A stretch of 64,000 nucleotides of DNA, taken from Octopus sinensis. Its lineage: Eukaryota. The stretch lies in contig NC_042998.1 in assembly GCF_006345805.1 (NCBI RefSeq), positions 162,688,001 through 162,752,000 on the forward strand, given 5' to 3'. Each line of letters begins with the position of its first letter. The stretch's first letter is position 1. The position numbers and the translations under genes are program-made. Positions 1-12,295 of this stretch are shown here, in pieces. The notes under the pieces are model-generated. The model saw nothing but the letters and a program-made list of their open reading frames with translations. It was not told the DNA's origin and ran no database searches.

Positions 1-24
1 GAAAATCCTATCTTATCCTTTGTT

Positions 25-300
25 CGTGCTGTTGACGTCACAACCGGATGTCGCTACCTCTCCTGGTCCTCTGCTCTTCTCTGTGAGTCGGTGAAGTTAA
101 GGCCTGCCCACTCGTGATATTATATGCCCATCTTTTCTTTGGCATATCTTGCTTTCGTCCACCTTCCACTGTGCCTTGCAAGATTGTCTTTTCTAGGCCA
201 GAGCTTCTGCTTCTTCGTCTTCACAATTTTCAGCAGGTCCTTGTGTGGTCCAATGTCAGAATGTAAGATACATAAATAACCCTTGACCACAGGTTTACTC
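25..300 (-). mobile_element. RTE-clade (BovB-like) LINE, degenerate 3' end of ORF
   Basis: Minus-strand translation across frameshifts reads IGPHKDLLKIVKTKK / GLEKTILQGTVEGGRK..PKKRW..NI / EWAGLNFTDSQRRAEDQER*R. This matches the typical RTE C-terminus (xLLxIVKxRKLxWxGH...LxKTILQGTVxGxRxRGRxxKRWxDNIxEWxG). Confidence 0.7.
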
Positions 301-973
301 AGTACTGATCTGGGACTATAACCCGACATCAGTTTTAAAAATTATTTATGTCCACAGTCAGGATATTCAGCTATAAGATATCTACCACACTTGACGCCGG
401 AAAGATAATTCAAGGAGAACATGAAATATAGACAATTCTCTAGAACTCAGCTTCATTTATTTATCTCACAAGGATTTTATTATTTTTAAAAAAAGCTATC
501 ATAGGGCATACATTTGCCAGTCAAACACAGAAAGATTTTGAACTTGAAATGTAGAGTCAGTAAAATACTATACAGTATTTTGACCGCCACTCTTCAGATT
601 ATGACATGGTCACCACCCTGACATGGTGTTTGATACACATTTCTGAGATTTTTAAGCACTTTATTATTGATATATCTAACGTTGACCCAAACCATGGGTA
701 GTAGAGTTAATTTGTTGTCGTGTTCAACACCACTACCCGTTGTTTGGGTACCCTTGTCAAAGTTCGCTCTATTGCTTACATTCAGGCCAAATCACTGACT
801 TGAGTATAACTTCCTTATTTCTCACCAAATGATTATGAGGATCTGAAAAAAGTTAAGAATATGAGCGCTCCCTTTCCTCTAACTAAACGATAAAAATATA
901 TATTCGAGGGAGAGGACAGATGATTAAATCGATCCCAGTACTTCACTCTGTGAAATCACATACATGGTGGCTG

Positions 974-1043
974 TCAACTCGTAGACGGGTATGGCCATCA
1001 CTGACAGATTATTTCGTCCTAGATGTTAAATGCAATGGCTGTC
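974..1043 (+). repeat. 70-bp segment duplicated at 2353-2422
   Basis: tcaactcgtagacgggtatggccatcactgacag... vs tcaacgcgtagatgggtataactatcactgacaa...; 11 substitutions in 70 nt by eye, no indels. Confidence 0.85.
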
Positions 1044-1062
1044 AGCAATGCCGGGGCTGAAA

Positions 1063-1690
1063 CTGAAAGTGAATAGCAGCTTGCACAACACCGCTAAGAC
1101 TCTCACCTACAAAGCCAATCAGTCCAGAAACAAGCAAGAGCATGATCTCTGGCTTCGCTACAAGTCGAATGTTCTTTAGCATTTTATTTTATTGCCCCTA
1201 CCACACGAAAGGATGGCATGCAAAGATTTATCTTCTAAGAGTCGATGAAATAAGGAAACTGATAAACTCGATATTGCTGACGTGCACTTTCAACAACTGC
1301 AATTATATGTCTGAGGGGAAAAAATTGTTGGCGGGCAAGGAAATTTCGAAGCAGTTGGCATTCTGAAGCGAAAGGATCAAGTGTTATGATTAGTGCAGGG
1401 AAGTGAAGAAAGACATAACATGGGCTACAATAGGAAGAAAGACAAGTGTATCGAGCAAACTTTGCTAGTTCTGGGAAGCGGAGACCGTTGAAACAGCGGT
1501 ATAAAATTCAGTCAAAGTACAATAAAGACTGCATATGGTGTATGTAGATTGGTGAGCAGTTTTGTTTTGGTAAGTGAGTCCTTGCTAATAAGCTGGATAG
1601 TTTCCTTTTGGATGTTGTCCAGGGTTGTTTGTACGTGTAACAGCAGCATTGCCCAAGATGTAGGAATAGTATCCATTAATGGTACCACAT
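1063..1690 (-). mobile_element. CR1/L2/Jockey-group LINE 3' remnant
   Basis: Minus-strand pieces GYYSYILGNAA, TLDNIQKETIQLI, ILYRCFNGLRFPELA and SLPANNFFPSDI*LQLLKVHV resemble the post-RT C-terminus (EYCSHIW..LDRIQRKAIRLI..LFYRYYNG..WNSLP..FP). Multiple stops and frameshifts. Confidence 0.55.
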
Positions 1691-2699
1691 GTGCTGTGAA
1701 GAGGAGGTAGTCTTGGTTTATACAGTGTTAAGAATAATGAAAGCGCCAAGAATGATAGATCATTAGTGATTGTGAAACTGAGACTTTGTAGCTACATTAA
1801 TTACGAAAATTGTTATCCAAAACTAGAGAGAGAGAGACTGAAATACAAGACCGTTTCTTTGATATCTACAGTGATTTTATTTTTGTGCTGTTGAAACTTC
1901 CCCTATATATTGCATGTTAATTTGAACAGAAGACACAACCATAGACAGATACTGTATTACTCTCAGTGTTATTCGATCATATTGAGATTGGGGAAAACTA
2001 CCAAAGGAATGATAAAATCCTAGCAGTAATATACTGAACTCAATTCCTATGATCTGCGCACTTGACATGATTTATCGTCAAAAGAAATAATTTTCTGATA
2101 AATTTTATTAATTTCTTTCTTTTGCAACAGTAGATGAACATTTTTCAAATTTTACCAAGCACATTCTCAGTGGCTTATACATAGATGCATACGTACATAC
2201 AAACACACGCACACATATATATAAAAAAAGAGTTACACGTACATATACATATATATATGTGTGTGTATGTGCATTTATACATAAATATGCGGTACGTATT
2301 GTATATGGTGTATGTGGTTGGATTAGAAGTGTTTTAGTTAGTTCTTCCTTGTTCAACGCGTAGATGGGTATAACTATCACTGACAAATTATCTTGTCCTA
2401 GATGTTAAAGACAATGGTTGTCTTTCTTTTCCTCATGTGATCATCTCTTTTTTTCCTTCTGGACTGTCCTAAGGACTGGATGTATTCTATCTCTCTCTTC
2501 TATCATTTCTCTTTTCAAAGAAAATATTTCTCCAGCGTTCGCTATTTTACCCTCGTTCTCTTCTAACGACCCTCCATGTTTGCTTTCGTTCGGTTTCCTT
2601 GTATGTTTCCACTGTCCTGTTTTTGTTTCCAACTTTGACCCTCCGTAAATCCAGAATTTTATTTTGGTACTTATGGGAGCAACTGTCTTCGAAGACTCA

Positions 2700-2870
2700 C
2701 ATTGTCGTTCAATGCTCGAAATGAGGAGCAGATAGACAGCCGACAACTGATGAAGGGTTGTTTTTTGTGTCACTTGCCCTGTTTTCCATTTGTTTCTCTC
2801 GTTGTATTGAACTCATTTGTATTAGTATTTTGTGTTGTTTACTGTTGGTGACGTTCTGTACCCATATATA
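2700..2870 (+). repeat. Diverged relative of repeat family A (Penelope pLTR-like) abutting the Penelope ORF
   Basis: Shares the layout ctcGAAA..gag.agat..aCTGATGAaggg..ttt.tgtg..cctg and the end tgtacccatatatac with copies at 6920, 24981 and 25838. Confidence 0.45.
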
Positions 2871-3994
2871 CATTCTGGACACCCTGGGTAATAAATTCCC
2901 CTCTGTCCAGTTCGGCTTATATAGAGGTGATGCCTTAACCGTCTCCAGAGGCACTAACGGCCATACTTTAGATAGGCTTAGAAAAGACATCATACACACC
3001 CTCAATAACCTTGGCCTTCAAATCACCATAGAGACTAACCTCACCGTGGCGAACCTCTAGGACGTCACACTTGATTTAGATAGTTGCACCTACAGACCAT
3101 ACCACAAACCGAATGATGGGCTATCATACATTAATGCAGCCTCCTGCCACCCACCCATAGTGTTCAAAAACCTAATAAAAGGTATCAGTAAATGGATTTC
3201 AATCTTATCTTCAAATAAAGATATTTTCAACGCAGCGGCTCCCACTTACAATGAGGCGCTAGCTGCCAGCAGGTTCAAGGACCATATAGTACATACCTTA
3301 GGATCGAGTAACCATAAAAGGAAACGCAACTGCAGGATCTTATGGTTCGCTCCCCCCTTTTCCCTAAACATCCGGACATGATTTTTCTTAGGTTGGTTGA
3401 TAAGCATTTCCCGTGATCGCACAAATACAGAAAGGTCTTTAAAAAGGCATAATATAAGAATCTTTTTCAGTTGTGCACCCAATGTTAAGAAAAATTACTT
3501 AGCACTCCTAAACCATGGTTGTTCATGCAGGATTAGAAATGAATGTCCAGTGGACAATTGATGTAACACCGAGGCTACAGTGTACCAAGCAAAGGTAGCC
3601 TCAAACAGAAGCAGCACAAATATCAATAACATCAATGCCAACACAGGGACACACACTAAAATTTATGTCGGATCTTGTGAATCCAAATTTAAAATTCGCC
3701 TGAACCACCACAGATCTTCTTTCAGGGTTCCGGAGAGACGCAACACAACGACACTCGCAGAATACGCATGACGCCTAAAGGACGATCATACGCCCTTTAA
3801 CATCAGGTAGAAATTATTGGAAATTTGTGAGCCCTATCGCAATGGAACAAAACTATGTAAATTGTGTATGGCAGAAAATATATATAATCCTTATGAATTC
3901 ACATGAGCCACGATGCTACCTGATTTCTAGGACGAAAGCCGTAGGGAGTTGTCCACATTTTCGGAAATTTTTTCTTCAAAATTGGAAAACTTAG
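2871..3994 (+). pseudogene. Penelope-like element (PLE) ORF, 5'-truncated: RT domains 5-7/thumb plus GIY-YIG endonuclease
   Basis: FGLYRGDAL (YRDD mutated), NL*DVTLDL, YRPYHKPN, YINAASCHPP, APTYNEAL, ILWFAPPFS, ECPVDN*C, VYQAKV...KIYVGSCESKFKIRLNHHRSSF, LAEYA*RLKD, CKLCMAEKY, CPHFRKF*. Several stops and frameshifts (ORF track 2758, 3160, 3580). Confidence 0.9.
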
Positions 3995-4029
3995 CCATCA
4001 AGTGAAGACAACTCGCTCGGCCATAATAT

Positions 4030-4062
4030 TTTAAGAGGAATATTTCTTGAACACCGGCGTTC
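4030..4062 (+). ncRNA. Degenerate minimal hammerhead-ribozyme-like motif in PLE 3' UTR
   Basis: tttAAGA-GGAA-tat-TTCT-tGAAC-ACCGGCGT-TC, about 40 nt after the PLE stop: decayed CUGAAGA, stem II, GAAA and a near-palindromic stem III (ACACCGGYGT). Core is mutated, so probably inactive. Confidence 0.35.
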
Positions 4063-4097
4063 TTGTGTTTTAAAAAACATTCTTTGCAGAGAACAGT

Positions 4098-4180
<83 letters not shown>

Positions 4181-4189
4181 ATATATATA

Positions 4190-5778
4190 GTTATCCGTAA
4201 TAATGAAGGGGAATTAATTAATTTGGAAAATATCAATTACACCAGTAGTCTTCGGCATGTAAAAGCCTCATTCGAGGAAAATTCAATATATAATCATTTA
4301 TGATTATAGTATTCTACGCTGAAGAGAAAAAGTTTCGGTAAGATAGAATTATTTAATATTTAATATTTAATTCTTATGCTTTCCTAAAAACTTGATTTCG
4401 AACGTACTCCGTGGATAACTAAAAAAATGTATGATAGATTGAGTCATTCATTCTCTCTTACCTGTTTGTGTCTGCCTCCAAATGCGTTTTTACTGAGATC
4501 TCCCTTTTTAGTAAAAATAGCTATAACCCTTTGACTGCTATTTTAAATTCGGTATGTGGTAAGGCAATTCGTTGCTAAACCCTTATTGCTTAGTATTACT
4601 TAAATTTTCCTCGAATGAGGCTTTTACATGCCGAAATACTTGGTGTAATTGATAATTTTTCCAAATTAATTAATTTCACCTTCATTATTACGGATAACCA
4701 ATTTTATCTCAGTAGATGACCACAGCTCTTGTTTGGCTACACGCGGGTGGGAAGGGGATGTTGACACAATCGTCTCATTCACAAATTGAATTCGGTGATA
4801 CAGTTGCGGATTCTAGCTCGCTCTGATACTGAGTTAGTTTGGTGCCTTCTGGTATCTCAAATTCATATATAATCATTTATGATTATAGGTATTCTACGCT
4901 GAGAGAAAAGAATTTTCGGTAAGATAGAATTATTTAATATTTAATATTTAATTCTTATGCTTTCCTAAAAACTTGAATTTCGAAACGTACGTCCGCGTGT
5001 AATAAAAAAATGTATGATAGATTGCAGTCAATTCATTCTCTCTTACCTGTTTGTGTCTGCCTTCCAAATGCTGTTTTTACTGAGATCTCCCTTTTTAGTA
5101 GAAGAAATAGCTATAACCTTGACTGCTATTTCTAAATTCGGTATGTGGGTAAGCAATTCGTTGCTAAACCCTATTGCTTAGTATACTTAAATTTTCCTCG
5201 AATGAGGCTTTTACATGCCGAAGACTACTTGGTGTAATTGATAATTTTTCCAAATTATTAATTTCAACCCTTCATATTACGGATAACCATATTTTATCTC
5301 AGTAATACCACAGCATCTTGTTTTGGCTACACGCGGGTGGGAAGGCGATGTTGACACAATCGTCTCATTCACAAATTGAATTCGGTGATACCAGTTGCGG
5401 ATTCTAGCTCGCTCTGATACTGAGTTGAGTTTGGTGCCTTGGTATCTCAAAATTCAATATATAATCATTTTGATTATAGTATTCTATCGCTGAAGAGAAA
5501 AGAAGTTTCGTAAGATAGAATTATTTAATATTTAATATTTAATTCTTATGCTTTCCTAAAAACTTGTTTTCGAAACGTACGTCCGTGGATAACTAAAAAA
5601 TGTATGATAGATTGCAGTCAATCATTCTCTCTTACCTGTTTGTGTCTGCCTTCCAAATGCTGTTTTTACTGAGATCTTCCCTTTTTAGTAGAAGAAATAG
5701 CTATAACCCTTGATGCTATTCTAAATTCGGTATGTGGTAAGGCAATTCGTTGCTAAACCCTTATTGCTTAGTATTACT

Positions 5779-5779
<1 letters not shown>
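4190..5779. repeat. Inverted-plus-tandem array of a PLE terminal-repeat-like sequence between (TA)n tracts
   Basis: 4190-4283 is the reverse complement of 4603-4698. A ~580-590 bp unit starts at about 4280, 4859 and 5450 (third copy truncated into (TA)n). A related fragment lies at about 18020-18075. Confidence 0.85.
4311..4350 (+). ncRNA. Truncated hammerhead-like motif (also 4891-4931 and 5481-5522)
   Basis: ATTCTA-cg-CTGAAGA-GAAA-aag-TTTC-G...TAGAAT: stem I arms, CUGAAGA and stem II are present, but GAAA/stem III/cleavage triplet are missing in all three copies. Confidence 0.35.
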
Positions 5780-5809
<30 letters not shown>

Positions 5810-5818
5810 TATTATATA

Positions 5819-5864
<46 letters not shown>

Positions 5865-5999
5865 ATATATATATATATTATATAATATATAATATTATAT
5901 ATAAATATTATATATAATATATATAATAAGATATATAACTATATACTTATATATATTATATTATATAATATATATATATATATTATATATTATATATAT

Positions 6000-6039
<40 letters not shown>

Positions 6040-6103
6040 ATAATATATATTATATAATTTTTATATATATAATATATATATATATTATATATATATATAA
6101 AAT
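5780..6103. repeat. Long imperfect (TA)n microsatellite
   Basis: Directly visible. Confidence 0.95.
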
Positions 6104-6462
6104 AAGCGTCCATCTCGTTCTTCTCTCAATGTAGAATGCGCATTCTACATTGATAGAAGAACGAGATGGACGCTTTATTTTTATGCTGTTGCCGCATTAC
6201 GTCGTACGCGAATGATAGGATTTGCATACCCAACCAAGAATTTTTGATGTAATACATGTCCTTGAAGAAGTAGTTGTGCGCGGCTGAAGAAGGCCACAGA
6301 CGCACATTATGCATTGTTATAAATCCGTCTAATAAAAGCCCGAAACATATGTACCGCTGAATCCTTGACATCATGTTTTTATTTTGATTAATTTACTCCA
6401 CCACCTACACCACCAAACGGTATATACAGGTGCTTACAATTATCAAGTACTCACCCCGAATT

Positions 6463-6498
<36 letters not shown>

Positions 6499-6719
6499 AA
6501 TTTATATATGTATATACATATGCATATATATGTCTTAAACTGTCGTATGTCCAAATTTGGCCAAATATACTTTTTTCAGCTTTTATTTTTGCTTGGAGTA
6601 GCCGGTTCTTTTGGTCAAACTATCGTACCTCCAGCTGCTTTAGATGTCAAAATATCAAAAATTATCAAAGCGTAACACAATATTCTGTCTCAAATTATTG
6701 TATCTTTCGAATGATGCCA

Positions 6720-6898
6720 ACCCGCTTGCTAGGCAGGGACGAGGGACAGCACTGCCCCTTGCATGGTTAACAGCTGAGAAGACTGAAGCAACGTAAACGA
6801 AGTGTTTTAATCGAGTAAAAACGTACAACTGGTCTGGAAATCGAAACCATGATCTTTCGATCGTAAGTACAACACCCTAACCGCTAGGCCATGCACCT
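6720..6898 (-). mobile_element. tRNA-derived CORE-type SINE (family S4)
   Basis: Reverse complement begins ggtgcatggcctagcggttagg (A-box like) ... ggtttcgatttcc (B-box like), followed by aaaacacttcgtttacgttgcttcagtcttctcagctg (CORE-like). Homologous to 53026 and 54838. Confidence 0.6.
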
Positions 6899-6919
6899 AA
6901 TGTGTACATATATATGTAT

Positions 6920-7345
6920 ATGTGTCCTGTCTTTTACTGCTTATATTTTGTACTGTCGTTACTGTCCTGTTTTTGTTACCATTTTTACCCCTCTGCGAAA
7001 AGATCTCAAATTTTAATGGATTTGCTTTTCGCAGGAAGGAAAGTTTCTTATCGAAGATACGTCTCGCCTTCACCTTCGAAACGTAGAGTAGATGAAACCA
7101 TGGCGACTGAAGAAGGGGTTTTTTCTTTGTGTTAATTGTCCTGTACTCTATTTTTTTGTTGTTTAAAAAAATGTCCAGTTCCTTGGGTTTGTGTCTATGT
7201 TTTCGTTTCTCATTGTGTTCGACGTTTTTTTGTGTCCTGTACTCATATATGCGTGTATATATACATGTAGAGGTAGGTACGTACATATATGTATATATAT
7301 ATGCATATGTTTTATTTATTAATATATATATATATATATATATAA
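6920..7345 (+). repeat. Repeat family A, single copy (PLE pLTR-like)
   Basis: Clear homology to 24981-25503 and 25838-26368 (cccctctgcgaaaagatctca, ccttcgaaacg..gactgaagaagggg, gtagaggtaggtacgtacatata); ends in a (TA)n tract. Confidence 0.8.
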
Positions 7346-7695
7346 ATACAAACACACGCACATAAAACATATATGTGCATATATGAATGTATGTACACAC
7401 ACAAACACAGAGATTCTGACCGAATTCAACTGTTGAAATAAGTACAAGTATTAACATCTTTTTAGCGGACAAGCTTAACCATCCAGTCTACTCTCATATT
7501 CTCCGAGAATTACAAGCAATTTAGCAGCTGCTTACGCACCAGCAGATAAGATAATACATAAATTAGTGTCTAACATTATTCAATATGTTATGGAATTCTT
7601 CAATATTTATGACAGAATAACACCCATATATATGTGTGTGCGCGCGCGTGTGTGTATATAGGTATATGTATATATATATATATGTATATATGTGC

Positions 7696-7747
<52 letters not shown>

Positions 7748-7782
7748 GCTCATATATATATATATATATAAAATATATGCGC

Positions 7783-8815
7783 ACAGAGGAGTTGGACCAA
7801 AATTAATGCGTAAGTGGGCATAATGCTTTGTTTATTGGTGTAGGTCGTTCACCTCGCACATGTTAGAAATGTATTTCTCTAAACAAACGTACAATTCAAC
7901 ATACTGTCCATCACAAAATATGTATTTGCAACATCGTTGAACCTAACTCTCAAACCCTATTTTTGAATAAAATCAGGTGTGCACGGTTGCAACCACTTCT
8001 TCAGAGCCACTTTTATCTCGTCTATGTCACCAAATCATGTTCCTGACGAGTGTGTTTCGTTGGATCAAACAGGGGCTAGTTTCGATCTCCATTTCCGAAC
8101 TGTATGACAGATGGGGACCCATTCAGTAACCCAGTTTACCGATCGTTGGATTTATTGCTGCAGATTTGTCTGATAGTGAGTGTGGACCGCTTTCAGATTC
8201 CTTTTCGGTCTCTTCCACCTAGTAGCGTCTTTAAGTATTTTCAGTGTCTCAATGAAACCTTCGCTGCTCGAGATACAGCCTCGTTCCAGAAAATCACGTA
8301 GGATGACGTCATGTTATTCTCCAAAACAGTTGCCATCGCTTTCTTTGCAGATCACTGTCTCTAGAATTTTCTAGGCTTTGGCGGTGCGACACTATTCCAC
8401 GGACTGAGGCATCGTTTTCGGACCACATAGATACACCCGCGTATTTCTCATTTGTCACTAGACCTAAAAAGAGAAGATAAAAAACATACAAAAAACAAAA
8501 CAAAAAACGTGTCTTTATTAGCTTGAAATGTTTCCAGCAATTCAGAGCAGATTTCCACACTTCTCAATTTCAAATCACCAGGTATCAACTGTTGAGGTAC
8601 TCATATTGTGTACATTTTCTGACATCCAAAGTTTTCCGCCATTTTTTGCAATGCGTTGTGACCACAATACAGTTGTGCAGCAAGCTCGCCGACTGGGATT
8701 CGTCTGTCCACGCGAAACACTTCGTCAATACACTGACATTTTGGAGTCAGTGGTCGCAGTTGATAACCGCCCCCACCATAATTTTTTTATTTCCAGTGCT
8801 GTCTTCCATTCTTTA
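7783..8815 (-). mobile_element. Degenerate mariner (Tc1/mariner) transposon
   Basis: Minus-strand fragments ENFGCQKMYTI*VPQQL (WVPxxL linker), PPKPRKF..SAKKAMATV, DFLERG..EGFIETLK, PHLSYSSE (YSPDL-like), FGDIDEIKVALKKW, GFES*VQR..KYIFCDGQYVE. Confidence 0.8.
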
Positions 8816-8829
8816 AGCTATTTCGTTCA

Positions 8830-9183
8830 TGCATACGTTACATACATACATTACATACCTTTATTACATACCTACATTACATACATACATTACATACATA
8901 CATTTCATTACATACATTACATATATACATTACATACATACATTTCATTACATACATTACATATATACATTACATACCTTACATACACACATTATATACA
9001 TACATGCATGCATTCCATACATAGATACATTACATACGTACATTACATACATACTTACATTACAGACATGCATTACATGAATACATTACATGCATACATT
9101 GCATACATACATTACATACATACATGCATACATTACATACATACATTACATACATGGGTACATTGCATACACAAACATACACA
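8830..9183. repeat. Degenerate (TACAT/TACA)n simple repeat
   Basis: Directly visible; source of the spurious YIHYIH ORFs. Confidence 0.95.
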
Positions 9184-9563
9184 GTGATTAATGTTTTGGT
9201 GGGCTTTCTTTCGTGGCCGAAATATTGCTAAATCCCATTGCATATTTATGACTCTGGTTGACTCAGCCAGATTTACTCAAAAACTACAAGACGAACGCCT
9301 CAAAATTCAATCAATGTTAATATTTAGTATCTCCATTCTGAAAGTTTCTCACGATTAAATTGGATCTATATACAACTAGGTGTCTCAATTCATCCTAAAA
9401 TATTCGAAATCCCGTCGTAATGGTTACACATTTCTACCCATTATTTCTTTCTCTTATCGCTCTCCTCCTCGAAGGGAAATACGAAGAAATATATATAATG
9501 TATATGCCCTTGCATGGACGCAGTCATTGGGGCTGAAACTTATAAAAGAATATGTAATATATA

Positions 9564-9595
<32 letters not shown>

Positions 9596-10289
9596 CACAC
9601 GCACACACACACATACACATTGGAAGAAGAGGTCTCGTATTTTTGACACGATCCATTTAAGGGTACTTTTCAGTACCTATGGTAAAATAAGTATGGACTT
9701 TTTACATTCTCATATTTTTTACTGTTTGAAGGTTACTTCATACAATAGTGATTAAAACTGTATCTGAATTTTACCCTTTTAAGATGAGTTTAGATCAAAC
9801 TCATATCTAACCCTTATGAGTTATTTCTCTCTAATTCTATTTCCTGTTATCTCTCCTGTCTTTTGACAGTCGCTCAGTTCTGCCGTTAAGGTTACTTGCA
9901 TCCATAAATCCGCTTTAATGTTTTCAGTTCGTTAAAATTAATTTCCATTTCAAAGTTGGTCTCATATACATTACGGGAACATTGAAAACTTGTTATTCAT
10001 TCATTTTCCTTCCATATTTTCACTGTCATTCAGTTCAAATATCTCTTTATTTCTTTGCACGCCAACTGTGGGAACTAAATTCTATTCAGTTAAAAGTAAT
10101 TAACAAAAACGTATTCATTCGGTGGTGCAAATTTCTATATAATTTCAAGTATTTGTTTATTTTATTATATGTCTGTCACGTGAGTATTACAGAAACTTAT
10201 GTTGAATGTTCATTTATTGGAAGCCAGATAAATTTCTATGACAATGTTTAAGATTGCAACATAAAATAAATAAATAAATAAAAGTTGTT

Positions 10290-10473
10290 TATCTGAACTC
10301 GTTCTCTGAGAATTGTTTTGTCTGTTTCGTCAGGGGTAATAGTTTTTGAACTGTGTATCTCCGTTACAAACATCAAAATTAAAAATATATTCATGCGGAA
10401 TTAACATGGTTCTTTTTCAAGAAATTGTTCCCGAGGTCTCTCTTTCTCATGCAACACCGGGTATCCTGCTAGT
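10290..10473 (+). mobile_element. Possible non-autonomous Helitron 3' end
   Basis: Ends gcaacaccgggtatcctgCTAGt, resembling the short GC hairpin plus CTAG terminus of Helitrons; 5' extent uncertain. Confidence 0.3.
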
Positions 10474-12048
10474 ACCCAACTCATATGTAAGAATGTATGT
10501 ATGTATGTGTGTGTGTGTGTCAGTATATATATATATATATATATGCGTGTGTGTGATTGTGTAATATGTGTGTGTATGTATGTATGTATGTATGTATGTA
10601 TGTATGTATGTATATATTTTTTCATACATATGCTTGTGTGTGTGTGTCTGTGTGGATTGTATTACTCTTGATCTGTTCTCAAAGTTTCAGCAGCACTATT
10701 TGAGCACAAATAAAATAGGAAAGATTAAAATCTATTGAAATGGCTCCAGTTAATTATTGTCACTTATCAATCAACAAGAGACGAAATTTAAAGTTATTTC
10801 TGATATAAAAGGGTAATATTGTTTAGGTTCAGGTTAGTTGCACTCGAATAGACATATGATCGCCGTCATTACAACCGTGACCATTGCGTCTTCTTTTTTT
10901 TAAAGCACAGTGTATCTAGGGGTCGTTGTTCTTCTCCATTATGGAATAAAGGAATTTTGGTTGTTTTTTTCTAGCAGATCGTGTGACCATATAGAGACTT
11001 CTTTGTTGATATCTAATCTGACACTCGATTGCATGTCGAATTCCTTTGTTTCAAAACGGCAGCTTATCTTATTAATCTGGATTTCTATATTTTACGCGTT
11101 GGATCTTTGATTTGATCTATTCATAGAGTCAGCTCATTGTATTGGCACCACGTGGGTATAGGAACATTGCCAGACTGTTGATGTTGTTGCTGTTGTTGCT
11201 CTTACTACAGCTGTCATCGTCATTCTTTCTCGTTGCTGTTGATGCCGCCATGTTCTCATTTACGTCTGCCTTGCACAGCTTTCCTTAGTTGTTACCTGCA
11301 ATGTTTCAGAAATCCCACGCCCAGTCTCTTAGAAGTCGGTTTTTATTGAAAGTGTAACCGAGTAAGCAGTGTTCCATTACCAGGAGCCGACGAGAATGTT
11401 TAGTATTGAAGGATAGCGTTAGTCGTTTGTCTGGGTTGCTTGATAAAAGTCGATTAGACGTATGTTGACATCTTTATATGCTTTACCAGTATACAACTTA
11501 GATTTCGTCTACACGTATTCTCTTTCTTAGTTATTACACTCTTTCTTTCTCAGCTAACACCTACGCCCTTCCTTCTTTTACGTCTTTAACCAATTTTTAC
11601 TTGTATTTTTTTTCATCTTTTCTTTTAATTATTCTATATAGTTATTTCGTTCTTTGTTTCACACATCTCCTACAGCTCAGCATCATCTACCTCGTCTTTT
11701 ACATACTCTCAGTCTCACTTTATGATTCTCTTTTGCTCTCTTTCTTTCTCTATTTTCCCATCCCCACCCCCACATATGTTGCCCGCTTGTCTTTCACATC
11801 TCTTCCACCCCGCTCTCTCTTATGTTCGTATCTTATCTATTGTGACTGGGTGTCTCAATATGCAGTCACATGTCTCTCATATGTAACCTCTGTAGTCAGT
11901 CGTTCAATTTCTTCTTTCTCTACACTTAAAGCACTCGATCAAAGAAAGAATATGAAAATCGTTGAATGCAGTCGCGTTGCTTGTTTTTTGATATCCGAAT
12001 CATTTCCAGTGCTCTTTATCTTCTCTTTTAATATTATATGCCTCCTAT

Positions 12049-12295
12049 AAGGTGAAGAACTGGCAGAATGGTTAGCGCAACGAGCAAAATACTTAGCAGC
12101 ATTTCGTTCGTTTTTTACGTTCTGGGTTCAAATTCGGCCGAGATCGACTTTGCCTTTCATTCCTTTCGGGGTCGATAAAATAAGTACCAATTGAAAACTA
12201 TGATCGGTGTAATTGACTTACCCCCACTCCCACCAAATCACCTCTCCCCCATCACAAATTCTTGGCATTTTGCCAAAGTTTGAAACCAATATAAT
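12049..12295 (+). mobile_element. tRNA-derived SINE family S2
   Basis: Head aaggtgaagaactggcagaatggttagc, B-box-like ggttcaaattc, central gactttgcctttcattcctttcggggtcgataaaataagtacca (Meta-domain-like by recollection, unverified). A second head follows at 12305-12400. Confidence 0.8.

Noticed and set aside
2441-2773. 110-aa minus-strand ORF
   Set aside because: No recognisable domain; overlaps the antisense of a repeat-family segment.
4608-4650. Hammerhead-like cgaatgaGGC..GCCgaaaTACttgGTGta in the inverted arm
   Set aside because: The core reads CGAATGA rather than CUGANGA, and no stem I can be formed.
8042-8062. CTGACGA..GTTTCG hammerhead-like words
   Set aside because: Wrong order and strand combination; lies within mariner coding remnant.
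11129-11251. 40-codon minus-strand ORF with good start context (MAASTATRKNDDDS...)
   Set aside because: Short, built partly on a CAA/CAG triplet run, with no convincing donor or homology.
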